Below, piece by piece: positions 27,872-38,175 of a stretch of 64,000 bases of DNA; the first letter of the stretch is position 1; each line of letters starts with the position of its first letter. Below the pieces are notes generated by a model. That model was given only the letters and a program-made list of their open reading frames with translations. It did no database searches and was not told where the DNA came from. The DNA is from Longimicrobiales bacterium (GTDB taxonomy: Bacteria > Gemmatimonadota > Gemmatimonadetes > Longimicrobiales > Gaopeijiaceae), in contig OZ250165.1 of assembly GCA_965238005.1 (NCBI GenBank), positions 1,888,001 through 1,952,000 of the forward strand. Direction: 5' to 3'. The translations under genes and the position numbers were made by a program.

Positions 27872-28053
27872 AGTGTCCCGTTGCCAAAGTGTCTCGGCCA
27901 GTCGAGGGCACGGTGCATCCGTGGGCTCGGCGTTGGGACTCCTTACGACCACGCTTCGCGCGGTGCCCGCTTGCGCTACGCCGCGTCGTCCCGCCTTGAT
28001 CCCACGGCGCCCCGACCCTCTTGGTGGCTCGCGAACTTCGGCAACGGAACACT
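27872..28053. mobile_element. MITE-like element (182 bp)
   Basis: TIRs AGTGTCCCGTTGCCAAAGT / ACTTCGGCAACGGAACACT (17/19); right end at CTAG, which provides the tlpA stop. Left end repeated at 38176. Confidence 0.8.
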
Positions 28054-28570
28054 AGTGAAGGGCATCCTCCAGGGCGGCCAGGAACTCGGGGTCGTCCTCG
28101 ATGATCGGGCCGAGCCGAGCGAACAGGATCATTCCCTCTGCGTCGATGAGGAATGAGGCCGGCAGCCCGATGGCGGCGAAGACGTCGGTGGAGACCATGT
28201 CCGGATCGAGAAGGATGTCGTAGGTGACGCCCTTGTCGGCCAGGAACTGCCCCACCGCGTCCAGGGAAGCCCTGGAGTCCACCGAGACTCCGACGATCTT
28301 GAGCCCCCGCTCCTGATGCTCCTCGTAGACCGACTCCAGGTAGGGTATCTCGAAGCGGCAGGGCCCACACCAGGTGGCCCACAGATTCACCAGGACCGGA
28401 CTGCCTCGGAAATCGGCCAACGACACCGTCTTGCCGTCTTCCAGGGCTATGGCCTCGAAGTCCGGAGCCTGGTCGCCTACCCGGGGGGGACGAAGGTCCG
28501 CACCAGCACCGATACACGCCGTGACGAACAGGAGGAGGGCCAGCCGGGCGCCTCGATACAGTACGCTCAT
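28052..28570 (-). CDS. TlpA/ResA-family thiol-disulfide reductase lipoprotein
   Basis: VTAC lipobox, APDF, VNLWATWCGPCRFEIP, GLPASFLID. Confidence 0.9.
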   Translation of the reverse strand: MSVLYRGARLALLLFVTACIGAGADLRPPRVGDQAPDFEAIALEDGKTVSLADFRGSPVLVNLWATWCGPCRFEIPYLESVYEEHQERGLKIVGVSVDSRASLDAVGQFLADKGVTYDILLDPDMVSTDVFAAIGLPASFLIDAEGMILFARLGPIIEDDPEFLAALEDALH

Positions 28571-29805
28571 TCCAAAGCCTCGATTGTCCTTGCCATCCGT
28601 ATGTTGCGGGCTTCGCCCGACTCGGTCCAGGCGAACACGATTCGGCCTCGCCCGTCTCGTATCATCCGAGGGAAGCCACTGTCACGCCCCGACGACGTAG
28701 CGGTCACCAGGCTCGCGGCTCCGGACCGGCCGTCGGGAAACACCCGGCGCACCCGTACCTCTCCGGACTCGGGAGTGCGCTCCAGCCAGGCGACGAGCGC
28801 CGACCCGTCTCCAAGAAGCACAACGTCCACCCGCCCCAAAGGGTTCCCGTCGTCGATCCTCATCGGAGCCCCGAACGTCGCGCCCGCGTCCGCCGAAAAC
28901 GCCACCTGCACCTTCGGCTGGTCGTCGGCCGCGGTGAACCAGGCGACCGCCACGGCCTCGTCCCGGGCCGCGACGGCGGGACCGTTCACCGGACAGGCCG
29001 CAATGACCCACCCGTCCTGGTGCACGGGGACACCCGCCGTCCACTGGTCGCCCACCAGTCGGATCACGTAGATGTCCCGTACCTCCGAGTCCGACCGATC
29101 TCTGTAGACGACGACGGGCCCGGCCGAGGTGACGGCCCCGTCGGTCTGACAGCAGTCACAAATGCCTTCGTCCACGACGACCTCGGGTCCGGGCGTGCCG
29201 TCCGAGGCGACCTCCCGGTAGCGGAGCGTCATGGCGCCGCGGGAGCCTTCGCCCCCGGCCCCTCCGGCCGTTTCACGCCCGTCGAGCCAGACCATCCCCA
29301 TGCCCCCGTCGGCAAGTGGAAACATGGAGACGAACCCGTGCTCCGTGGGGGTCCCGTCCTCGTGGGGAGTCCACGGCTCGGACCACGTCTGTCCCCCGTC
29401 GGAGGACCGTGCGACCCGAATCCCGTAGTCGTAGCCGCCCTCCGGCCCGCGGACCAGCCAGTGGGCGGCCAGCGCCCCCGCGCCCACGGGCCAGAGGGCC
29501 GCGAAGTCGGCCCAGTTCACGAACAACTTGGCGTCGTGCCTGGATCGAGCGACGGTGTGCGTGGCGGACCACCCTTCATCGCCCAAAGTCGCCGTCTTAA
29601 CGAACCAGGCGTCGTTTTCGTCAGACTCTTGCCAGCTCAAGACGACCCTGTCCCCGTAGGTGGACAGCCCCGGCCACATGGTGCCCTCTCCGGGAGGCAG
29701 GTCCAGCACTTCGAGCTCACCGAGGCCGGGCACGGGGCGGTCACCCCACGTGCAGGACAGGAAGGCCAGAGGAAGCGCGAGCAGCCTGGAACGAAAGGAT
29801 GACAT
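28567..29805 (-). CDS. Sialidase/BNR-repeat family lipoprotein
   Basis: FVNWADF, Asp-boxes SSDGGQTWS and SADAGATF, ICDCCQT, ACPVNGP, SGFPRM. Confidence 0.85.
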   Translation of the reverse strand: MSSFRSRLLALPLAFLSCTWGDRPVPGLGELEVLDLPPGEGTMWPGLSTYGDRVVLSWQESDENDAWFVKTATLGDEGWSATHTVARSRHDAKLFVNWADFAALWPVGAGALAAHWLVRGPEGGYDYGIRVARSSDGGQTWSEPWTPHEDGTPTEHGFVSMFPLADGGMGMVWLDGRETAGGAGGEGSRGAMTLRYREVASDGTPGPEVVVDEGICDCCQTDGAVTSAGPVVVYRDRSDSEVRDIYVIRLVGDQWTAGVPVHQDGWVIAACPVNGPAVAARDEAVAVAWFTAADDQPKVQVAFSADAGATFGAPMRIDDGNPLGRVDVVLLGDGSALVAWLERTPESGEVRVRRVFPDGRSGAASLVTATSSGRDSGFPRMIRDGRGRIVFAWTESGEARNIRMARTIEALE

Positions 29806-30066
29806 GTGGTGTCCCGTAAGAGTTCCTATGCGGGGGAGTGCGTCATTCCGGGCAGGAATCTTGCACAGGAGGTGGAACGGAGTAAAGGGCCGACGCTGGA
29901 ACCCGTCGACCCATCTGAGGCGTTCCCTTTCTGGAGGGCTCGCTTCGGACGACTGGGAGGGGACCCGGAGGATCGAGGTCGCGGGAGGCCGAAGTTGAGC
30001 TTTGGTTCGGTGAGGCAGTACTTTGCCGGTGGTTTAGGTTGGTCCGTCACAGATAAGAGGTGTTAC

Positions 30067-33000
30067 ATGAAGTTCCCCAACCGAGTTCGGGCCGTAGGGT
30101 CGATGACGCGCCTGGTAGCCGCCCTCGCGGTATGTTCGGCCGTCCTGACTCTTCCCCTTCCCGCGTCGGCCCAGTACTTCGGGCGGAACAAGGTCCAGTA
30201 CGAGACCTTCGACTTCAAGGTCCTCAAGACGCCCCACTTCGACATCCACTTCTACCCGGAGGAGGGGGAGGCCGTCGAAGATGCGGCACGCATGAGCGAG
30301 CGCTGGTATGAGCGTTTGGCCCGCATGTTCCAGCACGAATTCGAGGAGCCCAAGCCCATCATCCTGTACGCGGACCATCCCGACTTCCAGCAGACCAATA
30401 CGCTCAGAGGAGCCCTCAGCGAGGGATTGGGTGGCGTCACGGAGTCGCTGAAGAATCGCGTCATCATGCCCCTCACGGGGTCCTATTGGGACACGGACCA
30501 CGTCCTCGGCCACGAGTTGGTCCATGCGTTCCAGTACAATGTGGCCCAGGGTCGCTCCGGGGCCGGAATCAGGGGCCTATCGCTCCTGCCCCTCTGGTTG
30601 ATCGAGGGGATGGCCGAGTACCTCTCGGTAGGCCGTGAGGACCCGCTCACCGCCATGTGGCTGAGAGATGCCATCCGGCGGGAGGACCTCCCCACCATCA
30701 GGGAGATGACCACCGAGCGTCGCTTCTTCCCCTATCGGTTCGGTCAGGCTCTGTGGGCTTACATCGGGGGCACGTACGGCGACGAAAGGGTCGTGGACCT
30801 CTTCCGGCGGTCCCTGCGCGTGGGTTGGGAGCCGGCACTTGCTCAGGTTCTGGGCACGTCCTCGGACAGTCTGTCCGTGGAGTGGCGGGACGCGGTGGAG
30901 AACGAATACCTCCCGCTCATGGGTGGGCGGCAGGCGCCCGGTGAGTCCGGAGCGCTGCTCCTCGCCCCGTCCACGGGGGCGGGCAAGACGAACGTCTCGC
31001 CTGCGGTGAGTCCTGACGGGCGGTTCGTCGCCTTCCTCTCGGAGAAGGACCTCTTCAGCATCGATCTCTTCGTCGCCGACGCCCGCACGGGTGAGATCCA
31101 ACGCAAGCTCGTGAGCGCCAACGCCGATCCCCACTTCGACGCCCTGCGGTTCATCGACTCCGCCGGGGACTGGTCCCCCGATGGGGAGAAGTTCGTGTTC
31201 GCGGTGTTCGCCCAGGGTGACAACGAGCTGGCCATAGTCGAGGTCAGCAGCGGCAACATCGAGCGGAAGATCGACCTGGACGAAGTCGGAGCCATCACCA
31301 GCCCCGCGTGGTCCCCGAACGGACAGTACATCGCCTTTTCGGGAATGCAGGGAGGCGTGAGCGATATCTACATCTGGGACATCGAGACCGGCGCCATGCG
31401 CCAGCTCACGAACGACAAGTTCGCCGACCTTCAGCCGACCTGGTCGCCCGACGGCACCACCATCGCCTTCGTCTCCGACCGAGGCAGCATCACGGATTTC
31501 GAGAACCTCGAGTACAGCAAGCCCCAGATCGCTTTCGCGAACTTCAGCACGGGCGAGGTCGAGGTGCTGGACATCTTCGGCAACGTGAAGCACATGAACC
31601 CGCAGTACGCCCCGGATGGCCGGAGCCTCTACTTCGTCTCGGATCAGGACGGCTTCAGCGACATCTACCAGTACGAGTTCGCCACCACGGACATCCGCCG
31701 CATCACACGTTTGTCCACTGCGGTGAGCGGGATCACTGGCATGTCGCCGACCTTCTCGGTGGCTCGCGAGGCGGGGACGATCCTCTTCACCGTCTTCGAC
31801 GCCTTCGAGTTCCACGTGTACAGCCTGCAGGCGGGGGAAGCGAACGCCGGTGGCGAGATCGTCACGGCCTCTGCAGAGCGTCATCCCGGGCGGCTCCTGC
31901 CCCCGAGCCTGCCGACGCGGTCGAGCCGAATCGCGGGTTATCTGGCCGATGCCCGGACCGGCCTCCAGCCCACCGGCACCTACCTGGTCGAGAACGCCGT
32001 CAAGTACAACTCGTCCCTCCAACTTGACTACGTGGGACAGCCGGCGCTGGGCGTGGGCACGGACCGGTTCGGGAACTACGTGGGTGGTGGTGCCTCGGCG
32101 TTCTTCAGCGATATGCTCGGGAATCGGTCCCTGGGCGTCGCGATCCAGGCGAACGGCACCTTCAAGGACGTCGGTGGCCAGATCTACTATTTGAACCAGG
32201 AGAAGCGATTGAACTGGGGAGTCGCTGCCGGCAGGATCCCCTTCATCCAGGGCTTCCAGACGTTTGGGACGGACGAGAACGGCAACGATTACATCGGTCT
32301 CGTCCGTAACCGGATCTTCCTGTCCCAGACCAGCCTGCTCCTGGCCTATCCGTTCTCGACGACCCGGCGGGTCGAAGGCAACATCGGAATTCAGCGCTTG
32401 TCGTTCGACCTCGAGGAGGATCGATTCTTCCTCCGCGGGGGTGGGACCCGGGTGTCGCTGGAGGCGCGGGAGCCCATCAATATGGCCTCGGCATCGATCG
32501 CTCTCGTGGGCGACAACTCGCTCACCGGGTTCACGTCACCCGTAGGCGGCGGTCGCTTCCGCCTGGAAGTGGGCCAAACCCTGGGCACGCTCGACTACAC
32601 CTCGTTGGTGGTAGACTTCCGGCGCTATCTGAGCCCGACCCGTAACCTCACGTTCGCGGCCCGCGGGCTGCACTTCGGACGCTACGGCAATAACCTCGAT
32701 GGGAACCCGAGGACGGCGATCATTCAGCCGTACTTCCTGGGCTGGGAGACCTTCGTCCGTGGATACTCTTACGAGAGTATCGAGTTCGAGGAGTGTGAAT
32801 CAACCTCCCTCGAGCCCGGCTCCGTGGCCAGCGACTGTCCCGGCTTCGACCGTCTCTTTGGACATCGGTTGGCAGTGGCCAACCTCGAGATGCGCGTGCC
32901 GGTGCTCGGGACCCCGCAGTTCGGGCTCCTGAACTTCCCGTACCTGCCCACCGAGTTCGTGCTCTTCGCCGATGCCGGACTGGCGTGGAACGACCTGGAC

Positions 33001-33177
33001 GAGGTGGACTTCGACTTCGTGCGGTCCGGTGGAAGGCGTGTCCCGGTGTTCTCCGCCGGCGCGAGCGCCCGTTTCAACATCCTCGGGTTCCTGGTTCTGG
33101 AGGCTTACTACGCCGTTCCCTTCCAGCGGCCGGACAAGGGAGCGCACTGGGGCTTCCTGTTCTCACCCGGCTGGTAG
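30067..33177 (+). CDS. Peptidase-MA + PD40/TolB propeller + BamA/TamA (Omp85) barrel protein
   Basis: Signal peptide, QYFGRNKVQY, HELVH...EGMAEY, repeated WSPDG, C-terminal barrel (NLEMRVP, FADAGLAW, ...FSPGW). Start ATG 30067. Confidence 0.85.
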   Translation: MKFPNRVRAVGSMTRLVAALAVCSAVLTLPLPASAQYFGRNKVQYETFDFKVLKTPHFDIHFYPEEGEAVEDAARMSERWYERLARMFQHEFEEPKPIILYADHPDFQQTNTLRGALSEGLGGVTESLKNRVIMPLTGSYWDTDHVLGHELVHAFQYNVAQGRSGAGIRGLSLLPLWLIEGMAEYLSVGREDPLTAMWLRDAIRREDLPTIREMTTERRFFPYRFGQALWAYIGGTYGDERVVDLFRRSLRVGWEPALAQVLGTSSDSLSVEWRDAVENEYLPLMGGRQAPGESGALLLAPSTGAGKTNVSPAVSPDGRFVAFLSEKDLFSIDLFVADARTGEIQRKLVSANADPHFDALRFIDSAGDWSPDGEKFVFAVFAQGDNELAIVEVSSGNIERKIDLDEVGAITSPAWSPNGQYIAFSGMQGGVSDIYIWDIETGAMRQLTNDKFADLQPTWSPDGTTIAFVSDRGSITDFENLEYSKPQIAFANFSTGEVEVLDIFGNVKHMNPQYAPDGRSLYFVSDQDGFSDIYQYEFATTDIRRITRLSTAVSGITGMSPTFSVAREAGTILFTVFDAFEFHVYSLQAGEANAGGEIVTASAERHPGRLLPPSLPTRSSRIAGYLADARTGLQPTGTYLVENAVKYNSSLQLDYVGQPALGVGTDRFGNYVGGGASAFFSDMLGNRSLGVAIQANGTFKDVGGQIYYLNQEKRLNWGVAAGRIPFIQGFQTFGTDENGNDYIGLVRNRIFLSQTSLLLAYPFSTTRRVEGNIGIQRLSFDLEEDRFFLRGGGTRVSLEAREPINMASASIALVGDNSLTGFTSPVGGGRFRLEVGQTLGTLDYTSLVVDFRRYLSPTRNLTFAARGLHFGRYGNNLDGNPRTAIIQPYFLGWETFVRGYSYESIEFEECESTSLEPGSVASDCPGFDRLFGHRLAVANLEMRVPVLGTPQFGLLNFPYLPTEFVLFADAGLAWNDLDEVDFDFVRSGGRRVPVFSAGASARFNILGFLVLEAYYAVPFQRPDKGAHWGFLFSPGW

Positions 33178-33217
33178 TCCGCTGCCGGGCCAACCCTTGT
33201 GGCCACATGGAAAAGGG

Positions 33218-33242
33218 CCCGGGCTCCCGTGAGGAGCCCGGG
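33218..33242. terminator. GC hairpin between convergent genes
   Basis: cccgggctcc-cgtga-ggagcccggg with a short A-tract on the left (U-tract on the minus strand). Confidence 0.55.
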
Positions 33243-33301
33243 GACGGTCATCCACTAGCGATTGGAAGGTCCCCGCCCTCGGGTCTATACCGTTGTTGTA
33301 G

Positions 33302-33375
33302 TCCATGCCGCAGCACGGCATCGTACGTATACTCACGATATACAGATACGTATACCTGTCGAAGAGCAACTCGGC
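33302..33375 (-). repeat. Dispersed GTATACGTAC element, copy B (longest)
   Basis: 33321-33375 matches 59752-59806 at 52/55; 33302-33333 matches the reverse complement of 19417-19448. Confidence 0.9.
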
Positions 33376-33437
33376 CACCTTTCCCGGGAGGGAGGATCCT
33401 GGGCGTGGAGGAGGTTCGAAAGGGTCTGGGGGGGGTT

Positions 33438-34388
33438 CTAGAAGATCGACAGGTTGATGTAGCGCCCCGGATTGGCCCGTAGGTCGTCCACGAGAAGGCG
33501 CATACTCGCCACGGTCGCGTTCAGGCTCACGTAGAGCGAGTCGTTGACAGAAAGCTGTCCGAGCGTTCCCTCACCCCGCTCCATCCGGCGGAGGATCGTC
33601 TCCAGGGAGGCGGCTGCCCGGTCGAAGCGCGCCGACGTGGCGCTAAGGCTCCCCATGAGGGAGTCGGCCTGCGATACCGTGCTCGAGATGTCGTCCCTGA
33701 GCTCGGGGCCGGTGACATCGGCCAGTCCGTCGGCGGCCCGGTTCAAGGAGGCGATGAGATCCTCGAGCTCTTCGCTCTGGGAGCCCATGAGGTCGGCGAG
33801 CTCGTTCAAGATCGCCTGGAGATCCTGGGCGCTTCCGCCCACGGCGGCGATGGTGGAGTCCGAAAGGAGCGCGGTTATCTGGTCGAGAAAGGCCTCGCCC
33901 TTCTCACCCAACGATTCGGTGTCGTCCAGGAGCCCCTTCACCGCCGTCCCCGGGAGGTTCGCACCGGCCGAAATCTCGCCCGGCCCGTCCCCCGGCACGA
34001 CCATCACGGTCCTAGGGGACATGAGTCCCGGGCTCACGATCTGGGTTCGCGATCCTTCGGGGATGCGCCACTGGCCCTCGATCTCGAGAACGACCAGGAC
34101 GTCCTCTGTGTCCCGCGCCAAATTGAAGTCGTGGACCCGCCCGATATTCACACCTCGCATCTGGACGGGGTCTCCTTTGCGGAGCCCCATCACGTTCTCG
34201 ACGCTGGTGGTGATCTTGTACCTGCCCCGGAAGGTAGCCGGATCCGTCAGGAGATAGAGCAGGTAGATCGTCGCGGCGAGGCCGACGAGCACGAACAATC
34301 CGACCCGGACGTCCCGCCGGCCAGCCTGTTGAGGGACGGCCTGCTCGATCTCCTGGTCCGTGGGGCTCTGGTCGTTCCGTATCTCCAA
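33438..34388 (-). CDS. mlaD: MlaD/MCE family protein
   Basis: VRVGLFVLVG anchor, GLRKGDPVQMRGVNIGRV, GEGTLGQL..NDSLY, NPGRYINLSIF. Confidence 0.88.
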   Translation of the reverse strand: MEIRNDQSPTDQEIEQAVPQQAGRRDVRVGLFVLVGLAATIYLLYLLTDPATFRGRYKITTSVENVMGLRKGDPVQMRGVNIGRVHDFNLARDTEDVLVVLEIEGQWRIPEGSRTQIVSPGLMSPRTVMVVPGDGPGEISAGANLPGTAVKGLLDDTESLGEKGEAFLDQITALLSDSTIAAVGGSAQDLQAILNELADLMGSQSEELEDLIASLNRAADGLADVTGPELRDDISSTVSQADSLMGSLSATSARFDRAAASLETILRRMERGEGTLGQLSVNDSLYVSLNATVASMRLLVDDLRANPGRYINLSIF

Positions 34389-34421
34389 TGGATGCTCCCG
34401 TATACCCGTTCTAGTGTCCCG

Positions 34422-35219
34422 TTAGGTGACTTCCAACACGTCCAGAGCCGCTATCGCGGCGGCTCGATCGCTAAACGCCTTCACCACCGGATCGTCACTC
34501 ACCCTGAAGGCCTCGGGCGATCCGCAGAATCGAAGCCTCCCGCCCTCCAGCATTGCGACCCGATCGCACATCTCCAGGCCACTCTCCACGTCGTGCGTGA
34601 CGAGGAGCGACGTCGTGTGCAGCTCGTCGGAGAGGCGCGTGATCAGCCTCTCGATGGCGGCGGTGTTTACGGGATCGAGCCCCGTAGTGGGCTCGTCCCA
34701 CAGGAGAATCTCCGGACGGCCCGCGATGGCCCTGGCGATCCCCACTCGCTTCTTCATCCCCCCGGACAGCTCCGCCGGGAGCTTCCCCAGGACCTGACTC
34801 GGCTCGAGGTTCACGAGCTCGAGAGATTCCCAGACCCGGCGCTTCGCTTCAGCTCTGCTCATGCCTCGAAGGGCCTCCTCCGCAATCCCCATCTCGATAT
34901 TCTCGAAGACGGTGAGCGAATCGAAGAGAGCGGAATATTGAAATACGTACCCCACCTTCTCCCGGATCCGCTCCAGTGACCGCCGATCGCCAAAGTAGAC
35001 CGAGTCGCCGGCCACCCGCACATCGCCTTGGTCGGGCGTGATCAACGCCATCGTGGTCTTGAGGAGCACGCTCTTGCCGGTACCCGAGGGACCGAAGAGG
35101 GCGAACATCTCACCCCTCTGCACGGAGAGGCTGACGCCTGAGAGCACGGGAGCGTCGAAGGCCTTGAAGACGTTCATGTACTCGATGACCGGTCCGGATC
35201 CGTTGCCCTGAGTTGGCAC
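34422..35219 (-). CDS. mlaF: MlaF-type ABC ATPase
   Basis: GPSGTGKS, FQYSALFDSLTV, LSGGMKKRVGIARA, DEPTTGLDP, VTHD. Confidence 0.9.
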   Translation of the reverse strand: MPTQGNGSGPVIEYMNVFKAFDAPVLSGVSLSVQRGEMFALFGPSGTGKSVLLKTTMALITPDQGDVRVAGDSVYFGDRRSLERIREKVGYVFQYSALFDSLTVFENIEMGIAEEALRGMSRAEAKRRVWESLELVNLEPSQVLGKLPAELSGGMKKRVGIARAIAGRPEILLWDEPTTGLDPVNTAAIERLITRLSDELHTTSLLVTHDVESGLEMCDRVAMLEGGRLRFCGSPEAFRVSDDPVVKAFSDRAAAIAALDVLEVT

Positions 35220-35229
35220 CGTAACCCCC

Positions 35230-36045
35230 CTACTGTAGGAAGAGTGGAGGGAACATGGCGTCGATGATCAGGATGGTCAGAGTCATGAACACGACCGACT
35301 GAGTCGTGGTCCGCCCCACCCCCTCCGCGCCACCGGCTGTTCGCAAACCCATGTGGATCGCGATGATGGGGATCGCCGCCCCGAAGACGAACGCCTTCAG
35401 GAGTGAGTAGAACAGGTCGTAGGAGTGCCAGAAGAGGCGCGCCCCGTAGAAGAACGTCTCGGGACCCAGGCCGAGGGTGAACTGGGCGGAGATCATTCCG
35501 GTCAGGATTCCCACAACGTTGGCCATGGCCACGAGGGCCGGCATGGAGATCATGAGGGCTAGAACCCGTGGGGCCGCCAGAATCTCGACCGGATCCCGAC
35601 CAACGGAGTAGAGGGCGTCGATCTGCTCGGAGACCTTCATGGTTCCCAGCTCCGCGGTGAAGCGCGCGCCCACCCTCCCAATCATGACGATGGCCGTGAG
35701 GACGGGCCCCATCTCGAGAATCACGCTCTCCACGACGACGGAGCCCATGACGTAGAGAGGCAGATTGCTCTGCATCTGATAGCCGCCCTGCTGGCTGGTC
35801 ACGACTCCGATGAGCCCGGCGGCCACCAGGACGATCGGGACGCTCTGGATTCCGACGATGTAGATCTGCCTCAATATGTCCCTGCCCGACACGCGAAAGC
35901 GCGCGAAGGCCACGCCTATGTTCCACACGAGAAGACCCAGCTGTCCGGTGTGCTCGGCGACCAGTCTCGAGGTGCGGCCGAGTGCGGCAAGCATACGGGT
36001 CAGCGCCTCGGGTGGGCGGGCGACCAGAGAGGATTCACGGCTCAC
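35230..36045 (-). CDS. mlaE: MlaE-type ABC permease
   Basis: EMGPVLTA, GRVGARFTAELGTMKVSEQIDAL, GGAEGVGRTTTQSVV. Confidence 0.92.
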   Translation of the reverse strand: MSRESSLVARPPEALTRMLAALGRTSRLVAEHTGQLGLLVWNIGVAFARFRVSGRDILRQIYIVGIQSVPIVLVAAGLIGVVTSQQGGYQMQSNLPLYVMGSVVVESVILEMGPVLTAIVMIGRVGARFTAELGTMKVSEQIDALYSVGRDPVEILAAPRVLALMISMPALVAMANVVGILTGMISAQFTLGLGPETFFYGARLFWHSYDLFYSLLKAFVFGAAIPIIAIHMGLRTAGGAEGVGRTTTQSVVFMTLTILIIDAMFPPLFLQ

Positions 36046-36215
36046 AGAGCTCCGAAATGTCAGGATGAGGGCAGTTGAACGCCAAGAAAGAGGCGCAAAA
36101 GGTTCGGGCTTTTTCGGGTGAAAATCAAGGAGTTGTGCCCCGGAGCGCTCGCCAGTGAACGAGACGGGGGTTGCCGTGCCGGACGCTCCCGATTTCAGGC
36201 CTGGAGAACAGCCGT

Positions 36216-36830
36216 CACGGCCTGAGCGACACCCGTGTCACCCATCAGGGTCTGGGATCCCACCGCTACCTGGTCACCTTCACCGGACCCGGAGGACACT
36301 CCTGGGGTGCATTCGGGCTCGTCAATCCGGCCCACGCCATGGGTCGGACGACGCACTACTTCGATCTGGCGGCCGACGCCTACACTCGGAGCGGTCCGAA
36401 GACCAGCTACAACGTGGGCGTCGTGACCGGCGGCACCTCGGTGAACTCGATTCCCTTCGAAGTAGCCATGCAGGTGGACATGCGCTCGGATAGCCAGGAG
36501 CGTCTCGTTGAGATCGACTCGCTCTTTCACCGTGCCATTCGGAGAGCGGTGACCGAGATGAACGCCAGTCGCCGCTCGGGCCCGGCTCTCGCGGTCGACA
36601 TCGAGATGATCGGCGACCGACCCTCGCAAGAGGTGGCCGAAGACGATCCTCTCGTCCAGCGGGCCCTCGCCGCCACCGAGCTCCTGGGTCTGGAGCCGGC
36701 CCTTGGCCGATCGTCCACCGACTCGAACATCCCCATCTCGCTTGGTGTGCCCGCCGTGACCATCGGAGGAGGTGGGTCCGGCGGCGGCGGACACTCGCCA
36801 GGAGAGTGGTACGTGAACGAAAACGGTCCC
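36216..36830 (+). pseudogene. M20/M25/M40 peptidase, internal/C-terminal fragment
   Basis: GLGSHRYLVTFTGPGGHSWGAFG, YNVGVVTGGTSVNSIP, VDMRS, SSTDSNIP, HSPGEWY. The N-terminal metal-binding half and the final helix are absent. Confidence 0.8.
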
Positions 36831-36900
36831 CCCAAGAGATCTCAGACGACGCGCCGGCCGCCGCCCAGCATGCCGATACGCGGAGCTCCGACGCCCTTCG

Positions 36901-37980
36901 TCAGTTCCTTCGCGAAGCTCCCCACTCGCTGCTCCGGCGTAACGGAAGGGCCGGCACGGAGTCTCCCGGCGCCACGAGCCAATTCTCGAAGCGCTGATAC
37001 CGCTGCAGATACTCGCCGCCGGGCACCTCACGCCAGACGATCGCCTCGCTCGGCAGCAGATAGATCAGCTCGTGACCCGGGAGCGGCGGCGCGAAGACGG
37101 CGCGGCCCCCGGCGTGCTCTACCGGATCCGGCGTCTGGAACAGCCACTCGACGGAGGTGAACGAGGTGTCCCGTGCAAGGGCGATGGTCCCCTTGATAGT
37201 GGGCTTGTTGTCCTTCTTCGGGCAGTAGGCCAGGGTCCATCCGTCGGGACCCTCGTGCTCCACGACGAAGCGATGCCGCTCCCCGAAGAGATCGTCGACG
37301 AAGTGGGGAGCGAAGTCGGCGTCCAGGGGCGGATACACCCAGGAGTCGTAGGGGCGGGCTCCGTCGGTGCGCCGAACCTTGAAGGCGTATCCGTCACGCT
37401 GGATGCGCCGGGTCCAGCTGAAGCGCAGGAGCGACGACGATCCGCGCTGGCTCAGGGCCAGAACAGGCAGGTCCAACGGCCCCAACTTGGAGAGGGGCAC
37501 TACGGTGTCGGCCTCGGCCAGGTACGTCGCTACGCCAAGGGTGTCCATGATTCCGTGGTACCGCAGCCGGGCGAGCTGCCACAGATGCCTCGCCTTTTTG
37601 TCGTCCCGCCCCATCTCGCAGGTGGCTTCTTCCGTCGTCACCACGAGCCCCTCGAGAAGCAGAGGAGCCTCGTCGAGCCGGATGGCGTACTCGTCCACAC
37701 CCTCCTCGACGATGACCTCCCGCGTCTTGAAGCCCAGGGCCCCCACCTGCAGGGTGACGGCCCGAAACGCGATGCTCTCGGAGAAAAAGAAACGCCCATC
37801 GGAGTCGGTGAGACGCGCCGCGATGCGTGCGTTCGCCGTCCAAACCTCGACGGCAACACCCTCCAGCAGTACCCCACCCCTCGCCGTGACGACGCCCGTT
37901 ATCTGGGCCGACGCCCCATCGGCCCATACCCCGGGCAAAACCAGGGCGAGCGTCAGGATCTTTCCAATGTTCCTACTCAC
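36901..37980 (-). CDS. Carboxypeptidase-regulatory-like domain secreted protein
   Basis: Signal peptide, ITGVVT...LEGVAVEV...TDSDGRF...LGF...LEGLVVT. Start GTG 37980. Confidence 0.75.
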   Translation of the reverse strand: MSRNIGKILTLALVLPGVWADGASAQITGVVTARGGVLLEGVAVEVWTANARIAARLTDSDGRFFFSESIAFRAVTLQVGALGFKTREVIVEEGVDEYAIRLDEAPLLLEGLVVTTEEATCEMGRDDKKARHLWQLARLRYHGIMDTLGVATYLAEADTVVPLSKLGPLDLPVLALSQRGSSSLLRFSWTRRIQRDGYAFKVRRTDGARPYDSWVYPPLDADFAPHFVDDLFGERHRFVVEHEGPDGWTLAYCPKKDNKPTIKGTIALARDTSFTSVEWLFQTPDPVEHAGGRAVFAPPLPGHELIYLLPSEAIVWREVPGGEYLQRYQRFENWLVAPGDSVPALPLRRSSEWGASRRN

Positions 37981-38104
37981 ATGACTCTCCGGACCTGCGG
38001 CGGCCGATCCGCCCCTAGCAGCGGCTCGGCTCATCTATGTTCTATCGACCCACCAGCGGCAGGTTCCCCCGTCGCCGTCGCGTGCGACAGCGATGCGAAT
38101 CAAG

Positions 38105-38137
38105 GGGGGGTCGTCTCAAGAACTCAGACGACCCCCC
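38105..38137. terminator. Hairpin downstream of the M14 peptidase gene
   Basis: ggggggtcgtct-caagaactc-agacgacccccc (12-bp stem). Confidence 0.5.
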
Positions 38138-38175
38138 GTTGGTTTCCGTTAAGGCCATGTGGCCCGTTTGGGACC

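Noticed and set aside
28052..28570. Selenoprotein candidate given the nearby tRNA-Sec
   Set aside because: The TlpA active site is Cys-Gly-Pro-Cys with no in-frame UGA; no other UGA read-through candidate was recognised.
29806..30066. 87-aa N-terminal extension of the Omp85 protein
   Set aside because: It covers the divergent promoter region; the signal peptide and SD (GAGG) support ATG 30067.
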